Below are positions 9,865 through 17,930 of a DNA stretch of 35,113 nt, piece by piece. The DNA lies in the NCBI GenBank assembly GCA_040235515.1, contig JBECKX010000155.1:1-35113 (forward strand), written 5' to 3'. The stretch is from Candidatus Zixiibacteriota bacterium. Lineage in GTDB: Bacteria > Zixibacteria > MSB-5A5 > CAIYYT01. The position numbers were made by a program, and so were the translations under genes. The notes below the pieces were generated by a model. It was not told where the DNA came from. It was given only the letters and a program-made list of their open reading frames with translations, and searched no databases. Numbering within the stretch: position 1 is the first letter of the stretch; the number at the start of each line of letters is the position of its first letter.

Positions 9865-9984
9865 GAATGGAACATCGAAACAAACCCTGAAACAAACCTT
9901 GAAACAGATTCTGAGATTGTTCTCAAGTACTCTCCGGGGACAAACTCAGATACAAACCCTGATTCAAACTTTGATTCGTCAATT
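9865..9984. repeat. Degenerate 12-bp tandem array (consensus about GAAACAAACCCT)
   Basis: In-register units: GAAACAAACCCT 9877, GAAACAAACCTT 9889, GAAACAGATTCT 9901, GGGACAAACTCA 9937, GATACAAACCCT 9949, GATTCAAACTTT 9961, with weaker units between and flanking. Confidence 0.7.
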
Positions 9985-10255
9985 GGACTATCGGCAAACT
10001 GTTTCAGTTTTTTACACCTTGCGGCGATTTTTCTGAAATAGTTGCGGAATTGAAACAACTGCTGAAGAACGTGCGAGCGATCCGATCTCCGGTCGCCTGA
10101 TCGGCCCCGACAACTCGTAGTCAGGCCTGTGCTTTGTTCCGATAGTCCGCTCCTTTCCACGCCACGTTGGGCGTCGAAGTAACGAGAAGTACTCTCAAGA
10201 TTATATTCGAATGTCTGTATGCGAATCGTTTCCATACTACGTGATGAGCCTCGAT

Positions 10256-10458
10256 TTGACGAAGGAAAAGTAGAAAAATCGTGAGCGCCCGAGTTCCTGA
10301 TGGAACCGCGGTGTTCCAGGGGGCTGTCCTTGAGAGAGTCTCCCGACCAATTGTCGCGGTCATGCACCACCCCCTCGGGGGCTAACGGCGCATACCCCGC
10401 CACACTCGCTGTGAGGCGGCCCGCTAGTTCAAGTTGCTCTCTCACTTTCCTCCGCAAT
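10256..10458 (-). ncRNA. ssrS: Probable 6S RNA
   Basis: ~200-nt GC-rich intergenic segment with pairing ends (TTGCGGAGGAAAGTGAG with CTCAC...CTTTTCCTTCGTCAA). It carries motifs I recognise from 6S RNAs in the expected order: TTGAAC, GGTGGTGCATGACCGC, GGGAGACTCT..AAGG, CCCCCTGGAAC...GGTTCCA. Boundaries approximate. Confidence 0.6.
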
Positions 10459-10591
10459 TGTCCAAAAGCATTAGCCTTATGGCTGAGTCAAGTTTGAGAT
10501 TACGCAGGCTTTTGATCAACAAAAACTTTCGAAAAGTTTCGCCAGCGAGTAACCCCCTTTGATGTAATAACTTGTTGACCCACTTTACATT

Positions 10592-11491
10592 CTAGTCGAG
10601 TGCCTCGTAAAGCCGAACATAGCTGTCATAGCGCTCAGGAAAAATAATACCATCTGCAAGTGCTTGCTGTACAGCACATTCCGGCTCATGCGTGTGGGAG
10701 CAGCTGTTGAATTTGCACTCTCCGAGATACGGCAAAAACTCCGGGAAGTATTGTTGCAGTTCGACTTGCTCGATATCCCACAACCCCAATACCTTCAGTC
10801 CCGGCGTGTCTACTACAAAGCCGCCACGCTCCAGCGGATACAATTCGATTGTGGTGGTAGTATGACGCCCCTTGCCGGTCGCCTCGGAAATATCGCCGGT
10901 TCTGAGCTTGAGCCCCGGCTGAACAGCGTTGAGCAGGGAAGACTTGCCCACACCTGAGTGTCCGACGAAGATCGACTCTTTATCCGCCAGGATTGCTCTG
11001 AGCTGCTCGATTCCCGCGCCGGTGTTGGCAGAAGCTACAATTAGCGGAACGTCAATCGAGGCGTAGATTCGAGTGATATACTCCAGATCCACTTTGTGTT
11101 TGAGGTCAGTCTTGTTCAGGACAACCGCGGCTTTAAGACCGCCTTTGTAGGCCGACACTATCAAGCGATCGAGCAAATGTTGTTTGAATTTGGGGTGAGC
11201 CACCGAAGAGACGATCACCATCTGGTCGACGTTGCTGACCAGTATCTGCTCATAGGCCTGTGCGTCATTCCCAACTTTAGGGCGTGAGAACTTGGATGAG
11301 CGCGGGTGGACCCGCTCGATTCCGCCCGGACCGTCGCCCTCGTAGATGAAATCGACGAGATCGCCGACGGCGACCGGGGTTTGATTTGTTATCTCATGTT
11401 TGACTTTCGCGAGCACCTCGCACGGATACTCGCGCCCGTCAGCCAGTACGATAAAAACCTTGCCGTGCCCCCTTATTACCCTACCCGTCAT
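10592..11491 (-). CDS. rsgA: Ribosome small subunit-dependent GTPase A
   Basis: OB fold (VAVGDLV); circularly permuted GTPase NKTD, GHSGVGKSS, GRHTT, DTPG; Zn finger CKFNSCSHTHEPEC. Start placed at ATG 11491 (MTGRVIRG). Confidence 0.95.
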   Translation of the reverse strand: MTGRVIRGHGKVFIVLADGREYPCEVLAKVKHEITNQTPVAVGDLVDFIYEGDGPGGIERVHPRSSKFSRPKVGNDAQAYEQILVSNVDQMVIVSSVAHPKFKQHLLDRLIVSAYKGGLKAAVVLNKTDLKHKVDLEYITRIYASIDVPLIVASANTGAGIEQLRAILADKESIFVGHSGVGKSSLLNAVQPGLKLRTGDISEATGKGRHTTTTIELYPLERGGFVVDTPGLKVLGLWDIEQVELQQYFPEFLPYLGECKFNSCSHTHEPECAVQQALADGIIFPERYDSYVRLYEALD

Positions 11492-11714
11492 AATCGCGGG
11501 AGTAAAAGTCTGAGGTGTCGAAATCAGGGCTGTCTTCGAGTCCCTGTTCCAGCAACTCATCTATCTCCTGTTTCCTCGATTTATGACGATCTTTCTTTCT
11601 GCGCTGAGCCTTCTCCTGGCGCCTCTCTTTGCGACGCCGCTTTTCCTTTTCGTAATCGTAGTCGAGAAATCGCTCAATCTGCTTTCTCTGTCGATCAGAC
11701 AAACCACCTGACAT
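11481..11714 (-). CDS. Small highly charged 77-aa protein overlapping the rsgA start
   Basis: AGGAG Shine-Dalgarno upstream; Arg/Lys-rich middle and acidic tail; stop overlaps the rsgA start (ATGACGGGTAG). Confidence 0.7.
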   Translation of the reverse strand: MSGGLSDRQRKQIERFLDYDYEKEKRRRKERRQEKAQRRKKDRHKSRKQEIDELLEQGLEDSPDFDTSDFYSRDYDG

Positions 11715-11735
11715 TGTCAGTTTTCTCCTGTAAAC

Positions 11736-11764
11736 AAAAAAACGCAGACACCTAAATGCCTGCG
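11736..11764 (-). terminator. Intrinsic terminator within the 5' leader of the rsgA operon (attenuator)
   Basis: Minus strand CGCAGGCA-TTTAGG-TGTCTGCG followed by TTTTTTT, ending ~20 nt before ATG 11714. Confidence 0.85.
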
Positions 11765-11851
11765 GAAGTTAAGTTCCAAACATGTGACGGCCGCGAGCGC
11801 TGGATAATGAGATCATCACAGAAACCATCTCGAGCCGGCATTTAGCTGTAG

Positions 11852-11893
11852 TTATACCTTTACACCCCTCTCTTTCCCTACAATGGCTGTCAT
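11852..11893 (-). CDS. Putative 13-aa leader peptide MTAIVGKERGVKV
   Basis: GAAGGAGAG Shine-Dalgarno then ATG...GTA TAA; lies between the promoter (11948-11976) and the terminator (11736-11764). Confidence 0.6.
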   Translation of the reverse strand: MTAIVGKERGVKV

Positions 11894-11947
11894 TAAGAAC
11901 TCTCCTTCCGTTGCTAAACATAAGTCTGCATCGATGTTACATTGAAC

Positions 11948-11976
11948 AAGCTACTCCTGATTATCGGATGTGTCAA
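11948..11976 (-). promoter_or_regulatory. Sigma70-type promoter for the leader/rsgA transcript
   Basis: TTGACA (11976-11971), 17-bp spacer, TAGCTT (11953-11948). Confidence 0.7.
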
Positions 11977-12021
11977 TAGAAAAGTTGAGCGGAGGGCTGG
12001 TTGAAAACCACGCAATCCCTC

Positions 12022-12663
12022 TTACAGCTTCCGCCCCACCAGTTCCGCCACCCCGTGCCAGTGCGGCTCGCCGTGCATCGTGTCGTAATAATCATATTCC
12101 GCATAATGGATCGGGCGGAGAGGTGAACCCAGCTTGAGCAGTTCGCCGTAGTCGTAGAGCGAGTAAATATTGCCGGAACCATCCCGAAAGACTCCCCGCG
12201 CTATCTCATCCGATTTGCGTTTGCGCGGCTTGTAGGAGGGATCATCGATCGTAAAGGTCTGCGCGACAAACAGCCCCTTTCGTTTCAAGCCCGCAACCGC
12301 GCGCCTGCAAATGTCAGCGGCGTCCTTCTTGTGCATGAATTGAAACAGGTTCATCGCTATGATCATCGAATACCTGTTCTTCGCGATTCTGAACTCCCGC
12401 GCATCCGCCACCGCTGTCTTCACACCCAGATTTCGCTCTGCGGCCAGGCGTTCGCATTTGTTGACGCCTGCGCGGGTCGATTCTACGCCTACTACCTCGA
12501 ATCCCTCGGAAGCGAGATAAAGCAGGTCGCGGCCTTCACCCATCCCCAGATCGAGCGCAACCCCCTCAGGCGCCAGCTCCGCGAACCGTTTTACCAGGTC
12601 AGAGGGTTGTTCCCCCCAGTACAATTCCGACCGGCTGTAGATTTTCTCATAATCCTTGGCCAT
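12022..12663 (-). CDS. Class I SAM-dependent methyltransferase (TehB-like)
   Basis: Motif I ALDLGMGEGRD followed by LASEGFEVVGVE. Confidence 0.85.
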   Translation of the reverse strand: MAKDYEKIYSRSELYWGEQPSDLVKRFAELAPEGVALDLGMGEGRDLLYLASEGFEVVGVESTRAGVNKCERLAAERNLGVKTAVADAREFRIAKNRYSMIIAMNLFQFMHKKDAADICRRAVAGLKRKGLFVAQTFTIDDPSYKPRKRKSDEIARGVFRDGSGNIYSLYDYGELLKLGSPLRPIHYAEYDYYDTMHGEPHWHGVAELVGRKL

Positions 12664-12755
12664 TGGAACAATCTACGCCCCCGGCGCAGCAGAGTCAATC
12701 GCAGCCATGGATATGTGGAAATGTTGTTGGGTAATCCGCTGCAAACGCCTTAGTG

Positions 12756-13805
12756 CTACTGTCCCGGCACCTTGCACAGCTCCGAAAGCTTCTCCAGGTC
12801 GTCGGTCTTCCCGATTAGAACCAGGATATCCCCCTCTTCCATTTTGGTTTCTGCCGGGGGATGCATCTGCAGATCGCCGCTCGGCTTCTTGATGCCGATT
12901 ACGGTAAGCCCGTACTTGTGCCGCAGGTCCACCTCTTTGAGTGTCTTTCCCTCGACCTGGGCTTCGCGGAAGATCTCGACCTCCTCGATACTCAAACCGA
13001 GGTGCGCGCCGAGCGATTCGAGAGTCATGAAATCCACGACATTTGGGCGCAGGGATGCCATCGCCATCCGTTTGCCACCGATTTCGTATGGCAGAATCAC
13101 GCGGTCAGCGCCGGCGCGCAAGAGTTTCTTTTCGCCGGACTTGGTATCGGCGCGGGCGATTATGAAGAGGTTCTTGTTGAACTGACGCGCCGAGAGTGCG
13201 ATAAAGACACTGTCCGCTTCATCGGGGATCGTATCGACCAGCGTGCGGGCATCCTTGATTCCCGCCTCGAGCAGTACCTCATCTTCAATGGCGCTCCCCT
13301 CGACATAGAGTGCACCATCACGCTCAAGCAGCGCCATCATCTCCGGGTCGGACTCGATCACGACGCACGGTTCGCCCGACTTCGAGATCTCCGAGTAGAC
13401 CATCTGTCCGACGCGTCCGTAACCGACGATGATGAAATGGTCCTGCAGTTTCTTGACTTTCTTTTCCATCTTGCGACGTCCCAATATCTCCCTGATCTGT
13501 CCTTCGACAAGCAATTGCCCCAGGGTGCCGATAGTATATGCCAATATTACGGTTGAGAAAACGATTACGAAGATTGTGAATATCTTGCCGCCCTCGGAGA
13601 GCGGATAGACTTCACGGAATCCGACGGTAGCGATCGTGATGACGGTCATGTAGAGGGCATCTACAATTGTGCCACCCTCAAGGACCCGGTAACCCAGCGT
13701 ACTGACGCCGATCGTCAGCAGCAGAATCGTGAGCAGCCAGCGAAGACGGCGCTCAGCCGTATGGTAGTCGCGCAGGCGACCATAATCACGTTTCGGTTCA
13801 GCCAT
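12756..13805 (-). CDS. Two-TM potassium channel with TrkA-N and TrkA-C (RCK) domains
   Basis: Pore signature TIATVGF; Rossmann IVGYGRVG; LLRAGADRVI; C-terminal TrkA-C GKTLKEVDLR. Confidence 0.92.
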   Translation of the reverse strand: MAEPKRDYGRLRDYHTAERRLRWLLTILLLTIGVSTLGYRVLEGGTIVDALYMTVITIATVGFREVYPLSEGGKIFTIFVIVFSTVILAYTIGTLGQLLVEGQIREILGRRKMEKKVKKLQDHFIIVGYGRVGQMVYSEISKSGEPCVVIESDPEMMALLERDGALYVEGSAIEDEVLLEAGIKDARTLVDTIPDEADSVFIALSARQFNKNLFIIARADTKSGEKKLLRAGADRVILPYEIGGKRMAMASLRPNVVDFMTLESLGAHLGLSIEEVEIFREAQVEGKTLKEVDLRHKYGLTVIGIKKPSGDLQMHPPAETKMEEGDILVLIGKTDDLEKLSELCKVPGQ

Positions 13806-13867
13806 TGCCAGGCAATGTATAGGGATTGTTCAACAACTCGCAAGAGTGATGAATCCGCGAGCTGAAT

Positions 13868-14662
13868 CTAGGCCAGATCGACCTGCAGGAACGCCCCGAC
13901 CTCGCGCTTGAACACATCCGGCTTCTCATAGTGAATCATGTGACCGCAATCGGGAATCTCAAACGATGACCCATTGGTCAGGCGCGCGTTGATCAGCTTG
14001 GCAAGCGGCAGGAAGTCCTCGTCTTCACGACCACACAACACCAGCGTGCGCATCGTCAGGTTATCAAGCAACTTCATATCGCTCTCATCCATGTATTTCA
14101 TCGCTTCGGGGTCGGTCCAGGGTTTGCCGGAAAATGCTTTCAGACAAGCCGTGAAGACTTTCCACTCCGGCGATTCCCGGTCAACACGACTGAAGAGGCG
14201 GAAGGTCTCCCACTGAATTCTGGCTTGATCGATATCGATATTGCGCGCCGTGCGGTAAACATTAGGCCAGTCATGATAGTCACGATAGCCGACAACGTGG
14301 GGTGCCGCCAGAACCAGCGACTTCACCACATCGGGTTGATCAAGCGCGTACTTGACGGCAATGGCGCCTCCGAGCGAGTGGGCAACTAAGTGAAGACGTT
14401 TGTGGTCGAGTTCCGTGATCAACGCTTTCAGGTCATTGACGTGATCGCGGAATGAGTACCCGGTGTCGGGCGCAAAACTGTTGCCATGACCGCGCAGGTC
14501 ATAGGTGACTACCGTGTATTTGCGCGCCAGCTTTTCCGGCAAATCAAGCCATGATTTCGAACACAGCGCCAACCCGTGTATCAGGATGACCAGATCACCC
14601 TGCCCCAGCTTTTCGTAATATATTTTCCGCTCTTCCTGCTCCAAATAAGGCATCGCATCCAA
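13868..14662 (-). CDS. Alpha/beta fold hydrolase
   Basis: LIHG, YDLRGHG, nucleophile elbow AHSLGG, C-terminal CGH. Start may be ATG 14653. Confidence 0.9.
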   Translation of the reverse strand: MDAMPYLEQEERKIYYEKLGQGDLVILIHGLALCSKSWLDLPEKLARKYTVVTYDLRGHGNSFAPDTGYSFRDHVNDLKALITELDHKRLHLVAHSLGGAIAVKYALDQPDVVKSLVLAAPHVVGYRDYHDWPNVYRTARNIDIDQARIQWETFRLFSRVDRESPEWKVFTACLKAFSGKPWTDPEAMKYMDESDMKLLDNLTMRTLVLCGREDEDFLPLAKLINARLTNGSSFEIPDCGHMIHYEKPDVFKREVGAFLQVDLA

Positions 14663-14668
14663 TCCTTG

Positions 14669-15835
14669 CTAGTTGCTCGCGTTTATGACTTTTCGTTCCA
14701 GGTGAGATCCGATCCGCGCGACGATTTCGTAGTTGATCGTCTGTGCCCACATCGCCAGGTCCTCGGCGCGAAGTCGCTCCTCACCAGATTTCCCGATTAG
14801 CACCACCTCCGCTTCGAGGCCAACGTCGGGAATGTCGGTAATATCCACCATAAAGATATCCATGCAAATCCTTCCACGTACAGGCGCCCGCATCCCGTTG
14901 ATCAAGACATGACCTTGGTTCGAAATCTGTCGGTCGTAGCCGTCGAAGTAGCCGATCGGTATGATGGCGATTCTCGAATCGGCGGTTGCGCGATAAGTCG
15001 TTCCATAGCCGACATACTCGCCCTTGCGGATATCTTTAATCTGTGAAACGATAGTTTTCCAACTCAAGACCGGTTCGAGCAAGTGATTATCTCCACCCTT
15101 CTGCCGGTAGGAAACATAAGTCTCTTTCGATGGCCAGAGCCCATAGAGGGCTATCCCCGCACGAGCCAGGTCAAAGTGAGTATGCGGAAACAGGAGCGTC
15201 GCCGCGGAAGAGGCCATATGGGTGTATTGAGGCACCAGCCCGACCGATTCCAGTTGAGCGCGCATTTCAACGAAGCGCCTGTGCTGCATCTCGGCGTAGG
15301 AATGATCGGTTGTATCTTCGATGTTGGCGAAGTGTGATGACAGTCCCACCAGACTCAGCCGCTTGCTCGACGTGAACAACTCGATGACCGCGGGGAGCTG
15401 TTCCCGGGTGACGCCCTGGCGATTGGTGCCGGTCTCCAGCTTCAGGTGGCAGCGCGCGGGTCTGGCTTCGGTGGCGACCTCCAGAAGTTGTTTCAATGTC
15501 GCGGCATTGTAGACGACCAGGTCGAATCCGGCGGCCACGGTCTCTTTCAGGTCTGCTAGCGGTACGTAGCCAAGGATTAATGGGGCAGTCTTGATTCCCG
15601 CGTCATGCAGGATAAATGCCTCGGCGAGGTTGTGTACGGCGAGATAGCGGAAGCCATACTCATCGAGCAGTGTTGCAATTTCCCGGTAACCATGGCCATA
15701 GGCATTCGCTTTCACCACCGGCACCAGACCGCAGCCGGCGGCGAGATTGGCCTGCAGTGCTTTGATGTTGTGCCTCAATGCGGCCGCATCGATTTCAACC
15801 CAGCTGAGGGCTTGCAGCTTTCGACCACTATTCAT
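14669..15835 (-). CDS. alr: Alanine racemase
   Basis: PLP-lysine motif VVKANAYGHG; GYGTTY; GRICMD; TINYEI. Confidence 0.96.
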   Translation of the reverse strand: MNSGRKLQALSWVEIDAAALRHNIKALQANLAAGCGLVPVVKANAYGHGYREIATLLDEYGFRYLAVHNLAEAFILHDAGIKTAPLILGYVPLADLKETVAAGFDLVVYNAATLKQLLEVATEARPARCHLKLETGTNRQGVTREQLPAVIELFTSSKRLSLVGLSSHFANIEDTTDHSYAEMQHRRFVEMRAQLESVGLVPQYTHMASSAATLLFPHTHFDLARAGIALYGLWPSKETYVSYRQKGGDNHLLEPVLSWKTIVSQIKDIRKGEYVGYGTTYRATADSRIAIIPIGYFDGYDRQISNQGHVLINGMRAPVRGRICMDIFMVDITDIPDVGLEAEVVLIGKSGEERLRAEDLAMWAQTINYEIVARIGSHLERKVINASN

Positions 15836-15983
15836 AGGCCGTCATAGTAGTCAGCCGCAAATGATTAAGCAACCGGAAAGGGAAGCGCGGGCAGCAGGAG
15901 CAATTGATCGGGCCATCGCCCCTGAGCTGACCGGCAGGAGGAGCGATGCAATCGGGCGTTCCACCGGCTGACTATCTTACACC

Positions 15984-16012
15984 TTGACACTAATCCTTCA
16001 AATCGATACCCT
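15984..16012 (+). promoter_or_regulatory. Putative sigma70 promoter for nadC-birA
   Basis: TTGACA (15984-15989), 17-bp spacer, TACCCT (16007-16012); ATG follows 10 nt later. Confidence 0.5.
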
Positions 16013-16022
16013 GCCCCCACGC

Positions 16023-16886
16023 ATGGAGCTGACTAACGAACAATTGATCGCGATCGTCGAACAGGCGCTCAGGGAAGACCTTGACGACGGCGATGTCACA
16101 ACCAACAGCATAATCGACGAGTATGCCGCCGGAGCCGGTGTCATCACCGCCAAAGCAGCTGGCGTGATCTCGGGGCTCGATATCGCTGCGGTGGTTTTCT
16201 ACAATCTTGACCCCGGGACCGAACTGCTACACCATGTCGTCGAAGGGACCCGGGTAAATCCGGGGGATGAAATCATCAGGCTCAACGGTCGATTGCGAGC
16301 GTTGCTCTCAGGCGAGCGCACGGCGCTCAATTTCCTGATGCGACTCTCGGGCATCGCAACCGCAACTTCGAAATTCGTGGAGAAGCTCGAAGGCACTGAC
16401 TGCCGGATTCTCGATACCCGCAAGACCACTCCCGGATTGAGGTTGCTCGAGAAGCGTGCCGTCGCTGCGGGCGGAGGAGACAATCATCGCATCGGATTGT
16501 ACGATATGATCCTGATCAAGGAAAACCATATCGCGGCGGCGGGTTCGATCGAGAAGGCTGTTGCGGCAGCCATAGATTATAATGCCACAACCGCCATACT
16601 CAATCTCGCGATTGAGGTCGAGACTCGCAACCTCGAGGAGGTCAGACAGGCGGCCCGGCTCAAGATCGACAGGATAATGCTGGACAACTTCACAGTCGCC
16701 GAGGCGGCTGCGGCGGTCAAAGAGATCCGAGCGATCAATCCCGAGCTTGAGATTGAAGCTTCGGGCAATATGACTCTCGATACGGTTCGTGCCTACGCCG
16801 AGACCGGGGTTGATTATATCTCGGTGGGATCGATTACTCATTCTGCGCCGGCACTTGACCTGTCTATGACAATCTCCCCGCTTTAG
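16023..16886 (+). CDS. nadC: Nicotinate-nucleotide pyrophosphorylase (quinolinate phosphoribosyltransferase)
   Basis: ERTALNFL..LSGIAT, DTRKTTPG, HRIGLYDMILIKENH, IMLDNF, EASG. Start set to ATG 16023. Confidence 0.96.
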   Translation: MELTNEQLIAIVEQALREDLDDGDVTTNSIIDEYAAGAGVITAKAAGVISGLDIAAVVFYNLDPGTELLHHVVEGTRVNPGDEIIRLNGRLRALLSGERTALNFLMRLSGIATATSKFVEKLEGTDCRILDTRKTTPGLRLLEKRAVAAGGGDNHRIGLYDMILIKENHIAAAGSIEKAVAAAIDYNATTAILNLAIEVETRNLEEVRQAARLKIDRIMLDNFTVAEAAAAVKEIRAINPELEIEASGNMTLDTVRAYAETGVDYISVGSITHSAPALDLSMTISPL

Positions 16887-16916
16887 AAAGCCTCGATCAG
16901 CCGGTGCCCCCCAGTC

Positions 16917-17909
16917 ATGGCTAAAGATATCACGCAAACCCAGATTGATGTCCTTGATGAGTTGAAGGAGTCGGGCTCATTTGTCGAGATCGCCACTCTG
17001 GCTTCGGAGCTGGAGTTGTCAAAGAGCCAGGTGAAAGCTGCGTTGAACGAACTCGAGAACTGGGGCTATGAGTTCGCGCACAAAGATAAGGGGCGGGTAA
17101 AGTACGTAAAGTCGCCCGACATTCTCTTTCCACACGAAATCAGCTTCGGTCGCGACACGGAGTCGTTCGGGTTCGATATCTACAGCTTTGACCGGGTGGG
17201 CTCGACCAACAATCTCGCGCACAAATACGCCGAACGCGGCGAAGCGGAAGGGACCGTGATCATCGCCGACAGACAAACCGCGGGTAAAGGACGGCTCGGC
17301 AGGAGCTGGCACTCCCCGGCGCGTACAGGCGCCTATATGTCGGTAATCCTGCGTCCGGAGATCGCGCCGGCGTACGCACCCGGCATCTCACTGATCGCTG
17401 CGGTCAGCGTGGCGGAAACACTCAAGAAACTCTATAAGGTCAAATCCGCGATCAAGTGGCCAAATGACGTTTTGATCAACGGCAAGAAAGTGGCCGGGGT
17501 CCTGACTGAACTGGCGGCCGAACTGGATCGAGTGCGCCATGTGGTGGCGGGAATCGGCATCAACATCAATATGACAGAGGATGATTTTCCGCCGGAACTC
17601 CGCGACCGCGCCACCTCCGTCCGCCTCGCTGCCGGCAAGGAAATCAATCGCGTTGAACTGGTGCGCGGGGTATTGACCAACTTCGAGACGCGCTACCACA
17701 AGTTCTGCGAAGCGGGCATCGGTGGACAGATCAAGACGATTCGCAGTTACTCATCGATCCTCGGTAAGCAGATCACCTTCTCGCACCTCGGCAGGCAAGT
17801 CAAGGCTACGGCGAGGGACATCGACGAAACCGGACAACTTGTCGTCGACCTCAACGGCGAAACGATGACGATCGGCTCGGGCGAAATAAGCTTGACCGAT
17901 AACTACTGA
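16917..17909 (+). CDS. birA: Bifunctional biotin--ACC ligase / biotin operon repressor
   Basis: N-terminal winged HTH; QTAGKGRLGRSW; KWPNDV; KKVAGVL; GIGIN. Confidence 0.95.
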   Translation: MAKDITQTQIDVLDELKESGSFVEIATLASELELSKSQVKAALNELENWGYEFAHKDKGRVKYVKSPDILFPHEISFGRDTESFGFDIYSFDRVGSTNNLAHKYAERGEAEGTVIIADRQTAGKGRLGRSWHSPARTGAYMSVILRPEIAPAYAPGISLIAAVSVAETLKKLYKVKSAIKWPNDVLINGKKVAGVLTELAAELDRVRHVVAGIGININMTEDDFPPELRDRATSVRLAAGKEINRVELVRGVLTNFETRYHKFCEAGIGGQIKTIRSYSSILGKQITFSHLGRQVKATARDIDETGQLVVDLNGETMTIGSGEISLTDNY

Positions 17910-17930
17910 TTCGCATTCATAAATTCCAAG

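Noticed and set aside
9471..10457. 328-aa minus-strand ORF
   Set aside because: TTG start, Ser/Arg-rich non-globular composition, and it spans the probable 6S RNA, the 12-bp array and a consensus promoter; probably spurious.
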